Assembly: GCA_001938485.1 (NCBI GenBank)
Contig: MQRK01193035.1
Coordinates: 27,862-91,861 of the forward strand
Length of the DNA: 64,000 bases
From: Girardia tigrina
Lineage: Eukaryota
Reading direction: 5' to 3'
Shown here: positions 27,530-39,147 of the stretch, in pieces
Numbering within the stretch: the first letter of the stretch is position 1
How the letters are laid out: every line of letters starts with the position of its first letter
Made by a program: the position numbers and the translations under genes
The notes under the pieces: model-generated
Databases searched by the model: none
What the model was told of the DNA's origin: nothing
What the model saw: the letters and a program-made list of their open reading frames with translations, nothing else

Positions 27530-27860
27530 AAAACATATTTTTGAAGGAATTTTACTCAATCAATTTTCTACAAACTTTTCACACTTACTCATTCTCGATG
27601 ACAATAAATGATTATGTAAAAATTTGATCGAAAAAACCTTTTAAGGTCTCAGAATTGGGAAAAAACGGTCCCATCTGAGTTTCTGAACAATATTAATTGA
27701 AAAGGATCTACTTATAAATTATAACTAGTTTATATAATTTTTATTGTGTTTCTTTTATATTATTTATTTAATTAAAACTTTGTTGGAAAAGTAGAGTTCT
27801 GTCTGTATAAAGAATGGATATAAAAAAATTTAATTTTTTGATTTACTAATAATGTATACT
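27530..27860 (-). repeat. MITE-like repeat copy (inverted)
   Basis: Reverse complement of 19320-19625. Confidence 0.65.
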
Positions 27861-27985
27861 TCTTTCTAATATCGTGCAAGTATTGTTACTGTTTCTTCAA
27901 GGTCAGTGCATTTGTAATAATGGTTTTCTTTACATGTGAAGGTAAATTGAATCATGGTATTTCTGTTTGTTAAATTCTTTGTGAC

Positions 27986-28830
27986 TGTGAGGAATATTTG
28001 GTGTGTAGTTGTTTTTGTGTAGTTTTTGCATATTTAAATGTTGTATGTTGATTTTGGATTGTGCCTCTTCTAATCAGATGGATGATCAATATTTTAATTC
28101 TTATTATCTAAAACTAATTAATTTAAATTTAGATTTAATAATCAAATTTTTAGTTTTTATTATTTCAACTTTTAAATAATTTTATTGATTTTATTTTTGT
28201 AAATTTTTAAATAATTAAAATCAAATTAATGTTCAAAAATAACTATAGAAATATTTTATTTCAGCCAATCAAATTTAAATTAAATATTTTTAAAGAAAAT
28301 AATCTTATCAAGTGTAGTTCAGATTATAACGAGAGATATTGAAAATTGAGTGATGGATCTAAGTGAAAGCAATAATATTGATCATCATAAAGATGATAAA
28401 AATTATGAATGTAATAAATGTTCTGTCAAATGTGTGAGTTCTCTTAACATGGCGACTTCACACCACGTGACTCCGAACATCAAAGGTCCAGAAANNNNNN
28501 NNNNNNNNNNNNNNNNNNNNNNNNNNNNNNNGATAAGTTTTAACAGGTATTCAAAGATTATGGGATTATCAGAGGAGAGAAAAATCCTACTGGTAACACC
28601 CTACCTGACTCCAGATGCGATTCTGAGATACGAGAAGGCCCCAGGGAGTAGTTACGAAGAGAAAATGCGAGCAGCATTTTCAAAAGAGAAATCAATTTTG
28701 GATTTGATGAAAGAACCAGATGGATTGTCAATATTTTAATTCTTATAATTTGAAGCTAATTTATTTAAATTTTTTATATTCAAATTTTTAATTTTTATTA
28801 TTGCAACTTTTAAATAATTTTATTGATTTT
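27986..28830 (+). mobile_element. Internally deleted LTR retrotransposon (5' LTR, PBS, gag start, partial LTR)
   Basis: LTR TG..CA at 27986-28449; TGGCGAC PBS-like site at 28450; gag-like FNRYSKIMGLSEERKILLVTPYLTPDAILRYE; LTR sequence resumes at about 28717. Confidence 0.75.
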
Positions 28831-29334
28831 AAACTTGCTTTTACTTGAATCCCACTTTTTCTCATTTAAATAAAGAATCCGTGTTTATGGATGGTGGGTG
28901 AGGCGCAACCTCAAAAGATCGTTAACCTAATTATTTAAGGAACAAAATTTTAAAAGAATAAATAAATTTGAACTATGGGTTAATTTAGAAAATATTCGAA
29001 ATAATTGTTAATCTAACATAAGATAGCCTTATACCAAAATGGAAATATATATTCTCATACAATTCAATCAATAGCAAAAACTAAGATGTTTCCCGTGAGA
29101 CATATTAAATTGGAACAATCTTCTCGCTATTGTTTGAAAACTCAACTTGACAGAAAATAATTGTTTTTTTGTCTTCTTGCTTGTAGTTAGAAAGTTAAAT
29201 TATAATTATCAAAATTTATAAAAGATTTTTAACTACACGTATAAAATGTGGAACTATAATATTTTTATTACGTTAAAATAGATATTCAGAGAAACAGTAA
29301 GGATTATTGTCTTTATTGGTAGACGGTAACAAAT

Positions 29335-29950
29335 ATCTTGGTTCGACGGGTATTTATACATCATCATTGAGGCTTACTGCTTACTTTCGAAAGAGAAGTT
29401 AAGAGTGTACTGGCACTATTTTTTGTTTAACAGATGACCGATTAGTAAAAGTATGCTGCAACAACCCGAGAGAAGTACTTGATGTACTCAAAGAAGGTTC
29501 AATTCTTGATGAGTGCTACTCCGACTCTGTGAATTGGGAGGAACATGGACTGTTGTAGTTTGCTCTCTAATATACTGTAGATTCATATTAGTAATGAGAG
29601 CACGGTGTGTGTATTTGGGCCGTATGACTCCACTTTTGAGTGTTTACTTGATATGGTACTGTTACGTATGGCATAGGAAATATTTATGACTTTACCCCTT
29701 CTCTGGGAAGCAATTCTATGTATGGCGTAGTAAAGTTTATATGCATGTTTGATCTCGTGAACATAACTCAGTATATCTAATTAGATAATTGCTTGTGTCT
29801 GTGGTTCTTTTTAAACTCAATAGGAAAAGGATTGCTTGCAATTATGGACTAAAGAATGCTGGTCTGCACTCCAGCTTCACAAAGTTCTAGAGCATCATTA
29901 TTTCTCTGCTTCTTTTCTATCCCCTTCGAAATGAACATGTCGTAAAATAC
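29335..29950 (-). mobile_element. Degenerate Penelope-like 3' fragment
   Basis: Decayed FTTPYI and SGVI..TPCSH..QYI motifs, ending in a decayed hammerhead-like ctcaatgatgatgtataaatacccgtcgaac. Confidence 0.4.
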
Positions 29951-30032
29951 TAAAACTAAAGTTAAAAATTTAATAAATATTTTGTGCAGAAAGAGCCGTG
30001 ACGTGATAAGAATAAACTAGACACTTTTACAT

Positions 30033-30325
30033 CCTAGGTATTCAAGGAGGATAATTTCAATTCACTATTCCTTACAAGATAGTGTTTCGGCAGGTTTACC
30101 GGTCATTTCTGGATAGAAATAGAACTTGTGGTTGATGCAATTTCACAGCGCATGTGGATAGACATCTAATGACATCACAGACATGTCATTGTACCATTTC
30201 ATGTACCAAGACAATATTATTATCTATAAGAAGTTATATGCTTGCTATTAAGCACAAGTATTCTTTCTACGTACTCAGAGTCTCTTCGTTATCGGAGTTT
30301 TAACATAATTCATCCATCACACATT
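30033..30325 (-). rRNA. Degenerate 18S rRNA fragment (pseudogene, 3' major domain)
   Basis: Reverse complement contains tccgataacgaagagactct, acttctta, caatgacatgtctgtgatgtcattagatgtc and attgaaattatcctccttgaa, which are diverged versions of conserved SSU motifs in the correct order. Confidence 0.8.
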
Positions 30326-30488
30326 GAATTAATTAAGATATTTAATATTTGTTTTCAATGTACCTCGAAAAGCTTTAGAACATGTAAGTGATAATTATTT
30401 ATTGTCAGTTATTTGATATATTTTGTGTAATGTTTAATTTATGCCTTTAAAATGAGCACTCTCGCAAATAATCGATTTTAGCAAACTA

Positions 30489-31758
30489 TTAGGTTGGTCG
30501 AAAAATAATGGTGGTTTTGAGACACAAACTTCAGAGACGTTCAAATTCACAGAAAAAAAAGTTTATTAATCAAAGTATGAACCGTTGGAATCAATACATT
30601 TTTGCCAACGAGAAACAAGTTGTTTTATTCCATCAGCATAAAATTCATCGGTTCTCGAAGCGACGAATTCTCGGAAGGCATTTTGAGCATCATTTTCGTT
30701 TTTGAAAATTTTTTCACGTAGGAAGTTGTACAAATGCCTGAAAGAGTAGAAGTCCGTTGGCGAGAGGTCTGGTGAATATGGTGGATGAGGCAGGGTTTCA
30801 TAGCCCAACTCATTAAGCTTTTGAAGAGTCACTTTTGAAATATGAGGTCTAGAGTTATCATGAAGAAGGATGGTACTTTTTCGATTGACCAATCCTGGAC
30901 AAAGGGTTTTCAATTTTTTATGCATTTCATCAATTTCATGACAGTACCTCTCCGCTGTGATTGTTTCACCTGGATTCAAGAAACTATAGTGGANNNNNNN
31001 NNNNNNNNNNNNNNNNNNNNNNNNNNNNNNNNNNNNNNNNNNNNNNNNNNNNNNNNNNNNNNNNNNNNNNNNNNNNNNNNNNNNNNNNNNNNNNNNNNNN
31101 NNNNNNNNNNNNNNNNNNNNNNNNNAGGTAACAATACGATCAAGAAATGGATCGTTTTTATTGCGAAGATGATTGGCAGAACAAATTTCATAGCGTCGGT
31201 TCTTTTGATTTTCATTCAAATCATGTGGAACCTATTTATCAAGTCTATGTATTTTTCCAAGTTGTTTTAAATGATTCATGACTGTTGAATGACTAATGCC
31301 AAGTTCTGCAAGTTCTGTGATTATTATACGGGGATCTGTTTCCACCATTGTCCTCAAATTGTCGTTGTTCCCAGCAACTTGACGACCACGACCTTCTTCA
31401 TCTTCAAGGTTTTCATCTTCATCAGAAAATTTTCGGAACCATCCTTGCACTGTGCGCTCAGAAGCTGTTCCCTTGCCAAACACTTTATTGATATTGCGAG
31501 CCGTTTCTGCTGCCTTACGACCCAGTTTAAATTCGTACAAGAAAATTGCTCGAATTTTAATTTTTTCCATTTTTAATTTAGCACCGTAAATATTCTAAAA
31601 AATAACAGCAATATGTTAATAATGGCTATAGGAATATACAGCTAGGCATAAGATTTCAAATAATATCTAACACTAATGCATTTAAACTTATATACATATC
31701 GAAGTAGATAAACAAAGTATAAAGTTCAAAAACCGCCATTATTTTTCGACCAACCTAA
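30489..31758 (-). mobile_element. Hsmar1/cecropia-like mariner, full length
   Basis: TIRs TTAGGTTGGTCGAAAAATAATGG(T/C)GGTTTT with TA TSDs. The transposase (31570-30566) has one in-frame stop (LDK*VPHDL) and an N gap; HDNSRPH..YSPDLSPTD. Confidence 0.95.
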
Positions 31759-32766
31759 TATTTATGAAAATACAAAAGTTAATTGCGAAATTAAATAACG
31801 GTAAATTGATACACAAGATAGTTTGTTTTAATATTGATTAGTGGACAGTTTTTTTAAATGTGCACCCAAAGTTAATTACTGATTTTTCAAAAAATAAATG
31901 TATTGCATCGGACTTCGGTGTTCCTAATAGAACTTATACTTTACATGGATTAAGATCTCATACATTCAAGGAGCATTAAACAATGCCTCACAAATGCGAC
32001 ATGAGAAGTATAAAACTTGATTAAAAATAAAATTAATTAAACACATATTTATAAAATATTCTGTATCAATATTTTACTATATGTGATAATTTATTTTTTA
32101 TTTTACATAAAATCATTAAATTTAATTCTTTTTATTAAAAATATATCATTTTTTATTTTATTTTTTAATTAATCTTGATTTCTTCTTTGATTTTTCATGT
32201 AATTATTTGCTTTAAACTGAAATGAGTTTGAAAGATTAAACTACAAAAATTTATATAATTTATAAATAATAAAAGTCAAATGTTAAAAATTAATATTTAA
32301 ATTTACAAAACCATTTTCGGATGGTTGATTTAGGGAAATCTTTAAGAGACTTTGATGTGATTTTGTGGATTAATTTTAGAAATTTAGTCGCACTAGTTGT
32401 TTAAGGAGCACGCAAAACAAAAAAATAATATAAAATAATAAATATAAAAACATTTAAAGTTTCAAGATAGAATTTTGAAAATCTGCAATACTGATGGAAA
32501 ATATTTTTAATGAATAATCTTTTTATTATTGTCTCTTTTACAACATAAAACAAAAAAAAATGGTCTGTACATTCTTAATTTCATAAAAAAAATACAAAAA
32601 TTTCCTTTTATCGCATATGTTTCATGTGAAATTACGTTCTTTCTTATCAGGTATCATTCAAAACTTTTTTGTTCAGTCCGATTATTCGTGTTGTTATTGA
32701 GTTTTAAAAAGACATTATTTACTATCATTTATTATTTCTACATTACAACGTTACATTATTGATATA

Positions 32767-32890
32767 TTAGGTCGTCAAGTATGAAATTTGTAGAACTAAA
32801 GTCAAAGTTTATTGATAATTTCCCAATATAAATATTTGTGTCATTCATCAAAGTATGAACCCATATTATCGTCACTTTTTTTCAATCAGA
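32767..32890 (-). mobile_element. Mariner 3' end fragment
   Basis: TA|TTAGGTCGTCAAGTATGAAA terminus and C-terminal GSYFDE*. Confidence 0.55.
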
Positions 32891-33253
32891 AAACCGAAGG
32901 TTGATTCTCAATATAAAAAAAATATAGACATAGCAGCTGTAAGGAAATTGCTTGAAGAATATAATTAAAAAAATCTACAACGCATGTTTTATCAATATAT
33001 GATGTTATATTAAGTTTTGATCAAGAATTGTTACCACTAGATTTCGAATTCCGTTATAAACTTATAAAAACCAAAAATTAAAAAAAACTAAAAAATTATA
33101 AAATCTGATAAATTTTAAAATTAAAAAATCCAAACATTTCCAAACTGAAAAAACCGAGGAGTGAATTTTGAATATTTCGTGAATATAGACTATAACCTGA
33201 ACATTACTGATGATTTTGAAGAATTTACCGTTCTCACTCACCAGTAAACACTT

Positions 33254-33400
33254 GAAGCACTGCAAACCACACAGTGCTTCTTGGTAACTAACTCTGGTTT
33301 TAGTGAATATCATCTCCATGCTGTTGAAAATCTGAGTGAATATGTATTTCTCCAATTGGTAAAAACAAACAGACAGCCAAAAATATCTGAATTCTTTTAA
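33254..33400 (+). mobile_element. pogo/Tigger transposase C-terminal fragment
   Basis: EALQTTQCFL...KTNRQPKISEFF*, with a terminal PIP-box-like QxKIxxFF typical of pogo/Tigger. Confidence 0.55.
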
Positions 33401-33439
33401 ACGAGGGAATAATATACAATAAGATATGAATGAAAGCAG

Positions 33440-34500
33440 TAAGCCTCCCCCGACTGTTACGGATATATGTGTATTACAAATAATACTCAGCATTGGCGCA
33501 CAGGGTAGTGAATCATAGACTTTGTATCGGGTAGAAACAATTTGACAAATACAAAGTTTTCTGATCCTCTCATACGGCTTCAGATGCAAGAGTGCGAGCT
33601 TTCAATGCATGGGCACGCCTCGGGCTTTCCTCTAAGAAATTACTAGTCATGTGTTATCGTTCCATGATTCTGGAGACGTTTGGCTGCATAAACGCACTTA
33701 GTGCAATGTGAAAATGGGCAATAAAACATTCCCTTATTCATTATATTATCCATCCGAAAATTCAGCACTACACTAGGGATTACTCTTGGACAGTCCTCAT
33801 CAGTTACACCGACAGACACTGGCATATCATTTTCCTCGTTAAAGTTCAAAGGTCCGGTACGCCTTTCTGTTTCTTCTCTTTGTACCTCTTGGATGTTCGA
33901 AGATCAATTAATAAATGCTGTAGTAGCCATTCATTAGTTTTATAACTTTTGTGGAAGTTTTCCATGGAACATATGAATGAACAACGAACTCTCTTTGTCG
34001 AGACGCCGGGGCCAGATGCACATTATCAATGTGTTTTGTGAGTTCCTTCTGCTCAGTGAATTTTTTAAAGCAAGAAGGGAATGTGCAAGCTAATAGTTTG
34101 ATGCGCGGCTGAAGCATTTTCGGATATTCTTTCTCGTGCTTGACTACATCTTTCAGTCGCTCAGATATGGTTCCTTTGATCAGATGTTTAAATTCCTCAT
34201 CATTGTCGAGAAGCCCCTTTTCGTTTAAACTTTCCCTTTATTCTGCCAAATCCACCTGATATTTGAATATCCAGAGCACATCGCGAGCAATGCGCTTTCT
34301 CATCAGTTGCTTTTTACGGCCGCTGATTCTCAGAGTTTAAAACTCTTCAAACCTCAGTTACATCCTTCGTGAATTGTATTCATAGTATACTATGCGTTTT
34401 TGGCTAGAATCACTCTTGCCGCAGTCAGTCCAATCGTAATGTCCTTATTCAGGATTTTGTCAAGTTTGGTCTTCTTGAGAGCTGTTCTCGTGCAGCAATT
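33440..34500 (-). pseudogene. C2H2 zinc-finger protein pseudogene
   Basis: CTFPSCFKKFTEQKELTKHIDNVH and CPFSHCTKCVYAAKRLQNHGTITH fingers; the upstream coding frame has in-frame stops. Confidence 0.6.
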
Positions 34501-35870
34501 ATAGAAGGCTTGTAACCGTACGACGTCCTTCTCAAGCATTGCCCAATACTCACTACTACAGGAAAAATAATAGTCTCTATCAGTTGTTTCTTCAATAATA
34601 TTGGAACGTGGTTAATCTGAATTGCAGATTGCAATTCTTTAAACTTCGCATTCCATTTTAAGTAATAAAAACACATTTTCATCAAATGATTTCATAATTT
34701 TTATCCAAATAAAATATTTGGAAAAAATTATTATGAAGCCGTTGTTATGTTTATAATTAGTTTAATAATTTATAATTCAAAAATATATATTATTTAAATT
34801 TATTCAGATTTTATTGGGATTTTTCTGTGAGATAAATAATTTTATGATAATAGGAAATAATGGAAAAAATTCTAGCTACCAGGCTATTTTGTTTGATGTT
34901 CTCTTTTTAGGAAAATGGAAAGAACAAAAATATAAAGAAACCACCAAAACAGTTTTTGATGAAGAATTAAAATATTTTTTTATTCACAAAAAAAATATTG
35001 GCAATCGAAAAATATCAATAAAATGTTTTCTTTATTATCTTGTAAAAAACCAAAAATAAAAGATCTAGAAATAATTTCTTATAATATTATTTTTTTATTT
35101 AATTTAAAATTTAAAAAGAAAATTTTTGCGAATTGAAATAATAAAATAAAAATAAAATTCTAATTGAAAATAAATGAAGTTGATTTTATTTTAAAAATTT
35201 ATATTTGGTTTTTTGGATTTTATTATTTGCAAATTAATTTTAATTATCTTGTAAAAAAACCAATATTTTTTTTATCAAAATAAAGTTATTAAAAATAATT
35301 GTATTTTTGGATTTCATTTAAGCTGTAGATTTCGAAAATTTCTGTTTATTTAATAAATTATTTTATTATTTGCATTTTTTAATTATAAATATTTTTTAAA
35401 ATATAACTTTATTATTAATAAAGTACGTGACAGCCTTTAATGATGCAAAATTAATTTATTGAATAAGTTTCTCATTTTCTTATTGCTTAATTAAACTCAA
35501 ATGGACAATTTTATTATTACTGCTTACATAATTACAAAAATAATGTGTAATTCGTCTTTTACAAAACCAACAAACGATTCAAAGAACTTTAAGATTAAAC
35601 AAATATAGCTTTGCTGTCAACCTCACCTTATGATTAACATATTCAGAAAGGAGATTAGTTCATAAATACAGTGCGTTCACCTGCAATTTCAAAACAAGAA
35701 CGATATCCTGTGTTCTAAAAATCAATAACAAAATATTTTGAATAGTCAATTTTATGTGAAGAACAATGACCGTCTCTTAATTTATTAAAAATANNNNNNN
35801 NNNNNNNNNNNNNNNNNNNNNNNNNNNNNNNNNNNNNNNNNNNNNNNNNNNNNNNNNNNNNNNNNNNNNN

Positions 35871-36070
35871 AGTTTTCGAACACTCGATGAATTTCCTCTT
35901 GGATGATGGCTTCAATTTGGTGTAGGATGTTATCACGTAGGTCTTGCAAAGTTTGTGGTTTGTTTCGGTAAACCTTTTGCTTTATCGCTTCCTACAGGTA
36001 AAAGTCCAAAACATTTAGATATGGAGATCTTGGTGGCCAAATTCCTTTGGAAATGATTCTCTTCGGGAAG
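35871..36070 (-). mobile_element. Tc1/mariner-superfamily transposase C-terminal fragment
   Basis: FPKRIISKGIWPPRSPYLNVLDFYL*EAIKQKVYRNKPQTLQDL. Confidence 0.75.
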
Positions 36071-36074
36071 ATCT

Positions 36075-36475
36075 CATTCATATGTTATTGTAATTGATGA
36101 TCTTTTCCAAGAGGCAAATAAGGAGAAAGATTTTACCAATTTATTTACAAAAATTGCCAGACATAAAGAAGTGACGGTTATATTCATAACTCAAAATCTT
36201 TTTCATCAAGGAGGTAATCATCGAACGAGGAATTTAAATGTTCATTACTTGGTAATATTCAAAATTCCACGAAATAAAACTGTAGTTGATTATTTAGCTA
36301 GAAAAGCGTTTCCTCATAATAAGAAGTATTTTATAGATTCATTCATGGATGCAACATGTAAACCCTATGGAAACCTTTTCACAGATTTTACTGAAGAATG
36401 ACCTGATCATCAACGACTAAAAACAAATCTATTTCATACTAAATACACTACATTGTATAAACAAAAGTTATGATG
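36075..36475 (+). pseudogene. Polinton A32-like packaging ATPase (5' truncated)
   Basis: VIVIDDLFQEA..LFTKIARHKEVTVIFITQNLFHQG..RTRNLNVHYLVIFK.PRN..DATCKPYG. Confidence 0.85.
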
Positions 36476-36685
36476 TGAATATATTAATTATGAATTTTAC
36501 CAATGTATATAATAAAATCAAACCAAAGAGGGTTTCTGAAACGAAATCGAAGGAGTTAAATGTAAAGAAATCAAATAAAGTTTCTTTAAATCAACTAAAT
36601 AATCAAAAGTCTATCTATGAAACTATAGCAAAAGAAATGGCTGCACGAAAATACTTTGAGAAAATACCACACGAAGACTAGTATA

Positions 36686-36733
<48 letters not shown>

Positions 36734-37369
36734 CAGTTAGATCTGTTAGATGATGATGCACATTACTAGAAGTATTCATATTTTGAAGCATTAATAAAAA
36801 GCGGAACAAATAGATTGGATCTATTACATAAGTTCCCAGCATTTGTACTGAAGGATTTCATTGAAGTTCTGATGAATATTGTGACTGGCAATGTAAAAAT
36901 TTGCAATTACAAAAGGTCTTTGAAGAAGTTCAAGATACATTGCTAAAAATGTTCAAGACAAGGGCATTAAAAACAAAACTACATATTCTTAATCAAAGAT
37001 TTACTATGCCACCTATAAAATCAAATACAAATTATTTTGGTGCAAAAGTATTACATGAAATAAAGACAAAGAAACAAGATCAGCAAAAAATCAAGACAAT
37101 GATGGTTTCGTATGGGCTGCTTTAATACCATTCTTTCAATGACTTGCCAGCTTTATTGTTCCATCAGTTGTGAGTGGAGCTATATCATATGGTACTAAAA
37201 AGGCATTAGATGCCATTGAAAAGAACGCTAATGCTAATAAACAAATATAAACGGTAATTGAATTAGTATATAAACGTTCGATATGGCCTCAACGTCTTCA
37301 TTTCCTAATCTAGCATTGAATATTAAGTGCAACTGTTGTGTTGATGGAAAAGATATGGTACAACCCCGA

Positions 37370-38330
37370 AGACTCAGCTGGTTTTTGAAGCGTATCAAAA
37401 ATGGCAAAGGCATTAAAGACCAGCAAGATGGAGGCAGACAAGTGGTTGAGACAGCAGTTGGCATACAGTATCAACAAACCATTATTGAAGATATTCCCAA
37501 CGAGTAGGTACTTATCGAAGTCAGTGAATTGGATCTGGCAGTTGGATTTAATGGAGATGATTCCATATGCGAAAATCAATAAGGGGTACAGATATATTCT
37601 GACCGCATTGATGTATTCAGTAGATATGCTCGTGCTGTACCAGTAAAAAGAAAAACGGTAAAGGACATGCTGTTGCAATTCAAACAATGATGAAAAGTTT
37701 TCAGCCTAAATTTATACAAACTGATTTAGGTAATGAATTCTACAATAGTAAAGTGAAGGCAATTTTCGATAAGTATGGAATCAAACGTTATTCAGTGTTT
37801 TCAACATATAAGGCATGTATTGTTGAACGATTCAATAGCAGATTGAGAGGAAAGATTACAAAATATGTATTAAAAAAGTATGGTATACGGTCTTATCTAA
37901 ACTTATCAAGGGGTATAATATTAGGTTTGAATGGTCTTCGTCCCGTGGATGTTACTAATGACATGTATAGTGTATTACAGTGTAGTAGTACGGTGTAGTG
38001 ATGTAAAGAAATATGAGAAGCATAAATATACAATTTGTGACTATGTTCGTATCAGTAAAGGAAGCACAACACTCAAGAACTTTACCAATAATTGGAGTGA
38101 TTGAGGTTTTCGAATAAGTCGAATAAATATAAGACAAATGCCTGTAATGTATGAGATTATAGATGATGATGATGTTGTTCAAGGCAAGTTCTATACACAG
38201 GAATTAAAGGTTCTTCATGAAAAGCATGATGTATTTAGAGTTGAGAAAATCATCAAATCCAAGGGTAGTGGGGAAAATAAACAATATTTAGTCAAATGGC
38301 ATGGGTATAAAAATCCTAAAATCATAAAAA
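37370..38330 (+). pseudogene. Polinton retroviral-type integrase with C-terminal chromodomain (frameshifted)
   Basis: WQLDLMEM..NKGYRYILT; IQTDLGNEFYN; KACIVERFN; VQGKFYTQEL; FRVEKIIK..YLVKWHGY. Confidence 0.9.
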
Positions 38331-38544
38331 TGGGTATAAAAAGTAATATAATAATATAAATAGATAATATAAAACGAGTAAAACACCACAGAAATAGTTG
38401 AACTGTGTTGAATGTATTGTGATCATATAGTGCTCGTATATAATATATAACAACAATATTATATATAATGTAATATATGTATATAACAATAATGTAGTAA
38501 TATTAATGGTTGATTTTATAATGGTATTGATTTCTAAGTTATTG

Positions 38545-38589
<45 letters not shown>

Positions 38590-39021
38590 GTATAATATAT
38601 AAAATGTCCACTTTTTGAATGGTTGATAAGGTAATGGTTTATGCATTTAATGTGACTTCGAAAGACGATAATGTAATTTTCGAAGGTTGTTAAGGTAAAT
38701 GTTAAGGTTAATAGCGTACATTTGAAGGTTTTTAGAAGGCTTTTATATAAAAAATACAAGCTTTTCACCTCCCCGGGGGAAGAGGTCATGTGGGGAGAAT
38801 GCTCAATTTTCTCCTACTAACACACATGCTCGGCATACCGATCTATTGGTTTTTAACATGACACTGTTCATATTGAAAAAAATGTACTCTTTACAGCATC
38901 TTTAATTTAGATGCATGAATATATGTATATATATTTAATATTGAGTCTTGTAAACACAAAAAAAACAGTAAAAAAGTGAAAAAATATAGATTTAAAAAAT
39001 ATAATTTGATTAAAGCATCTT

Positions 39022-39062
39022 TTGGACATGTTTCGATGTTTATATACATCATCATCAGCAAT
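39022..39062 (-). ncRNA. Minimal type I hammerhead ribozyme
   Basis: Reverse complement: ttg CTGATGA t gatgt-atataa-acatc GAAA catg TC caa. Stem I is ttg/caa, stem II is 5 bp, stem III is the palindrome ACAUGU, and the cleavage triplet is GUC. Confidence 0.85.
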
Positions 39063-39105
39063 AATCGGAAATTTAGTATTTAAATTTAGTACAAAACATC
39101 CGAAA

Positions 39106-39147
39106 ATTGCTGATGATGATGTATGTAATCATCGAAACATGTCCAAT
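39106..39147 (+). ncRNA. Minimal type I hammerhead ribozyme
   Basis: attg CTGATGA t gatg-tatgtaat-catc GAAA catg TC caat. Stem I is attg/caat, stem II is 4 bp, stem III is the palindrome ACAUGU, and the cleavage triplet is GUC. Confidence 0.85.

Larger units (their letters stand above)
36070..38818 (+). mobile_element. Decayed Polinton/Maverick (adintovirus-like) right arm
   Basis: Gene order is ATPase, small ORFs, integrase-chromodomain. The putative end ..ctcctact at 38818 (reverse complement AGTAGGAG) is an AG..CT-type terminus. Confidence 0.85.

Noticed and set aside
30566-31570. Stop-codon readthrough or alternative genetic code
   Set aside because: The in-frame TAG replaces a TGG in one decaying copy. 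Stops of all three types occur in other dead elements, which is consistent with ordinary pseudogenisation.
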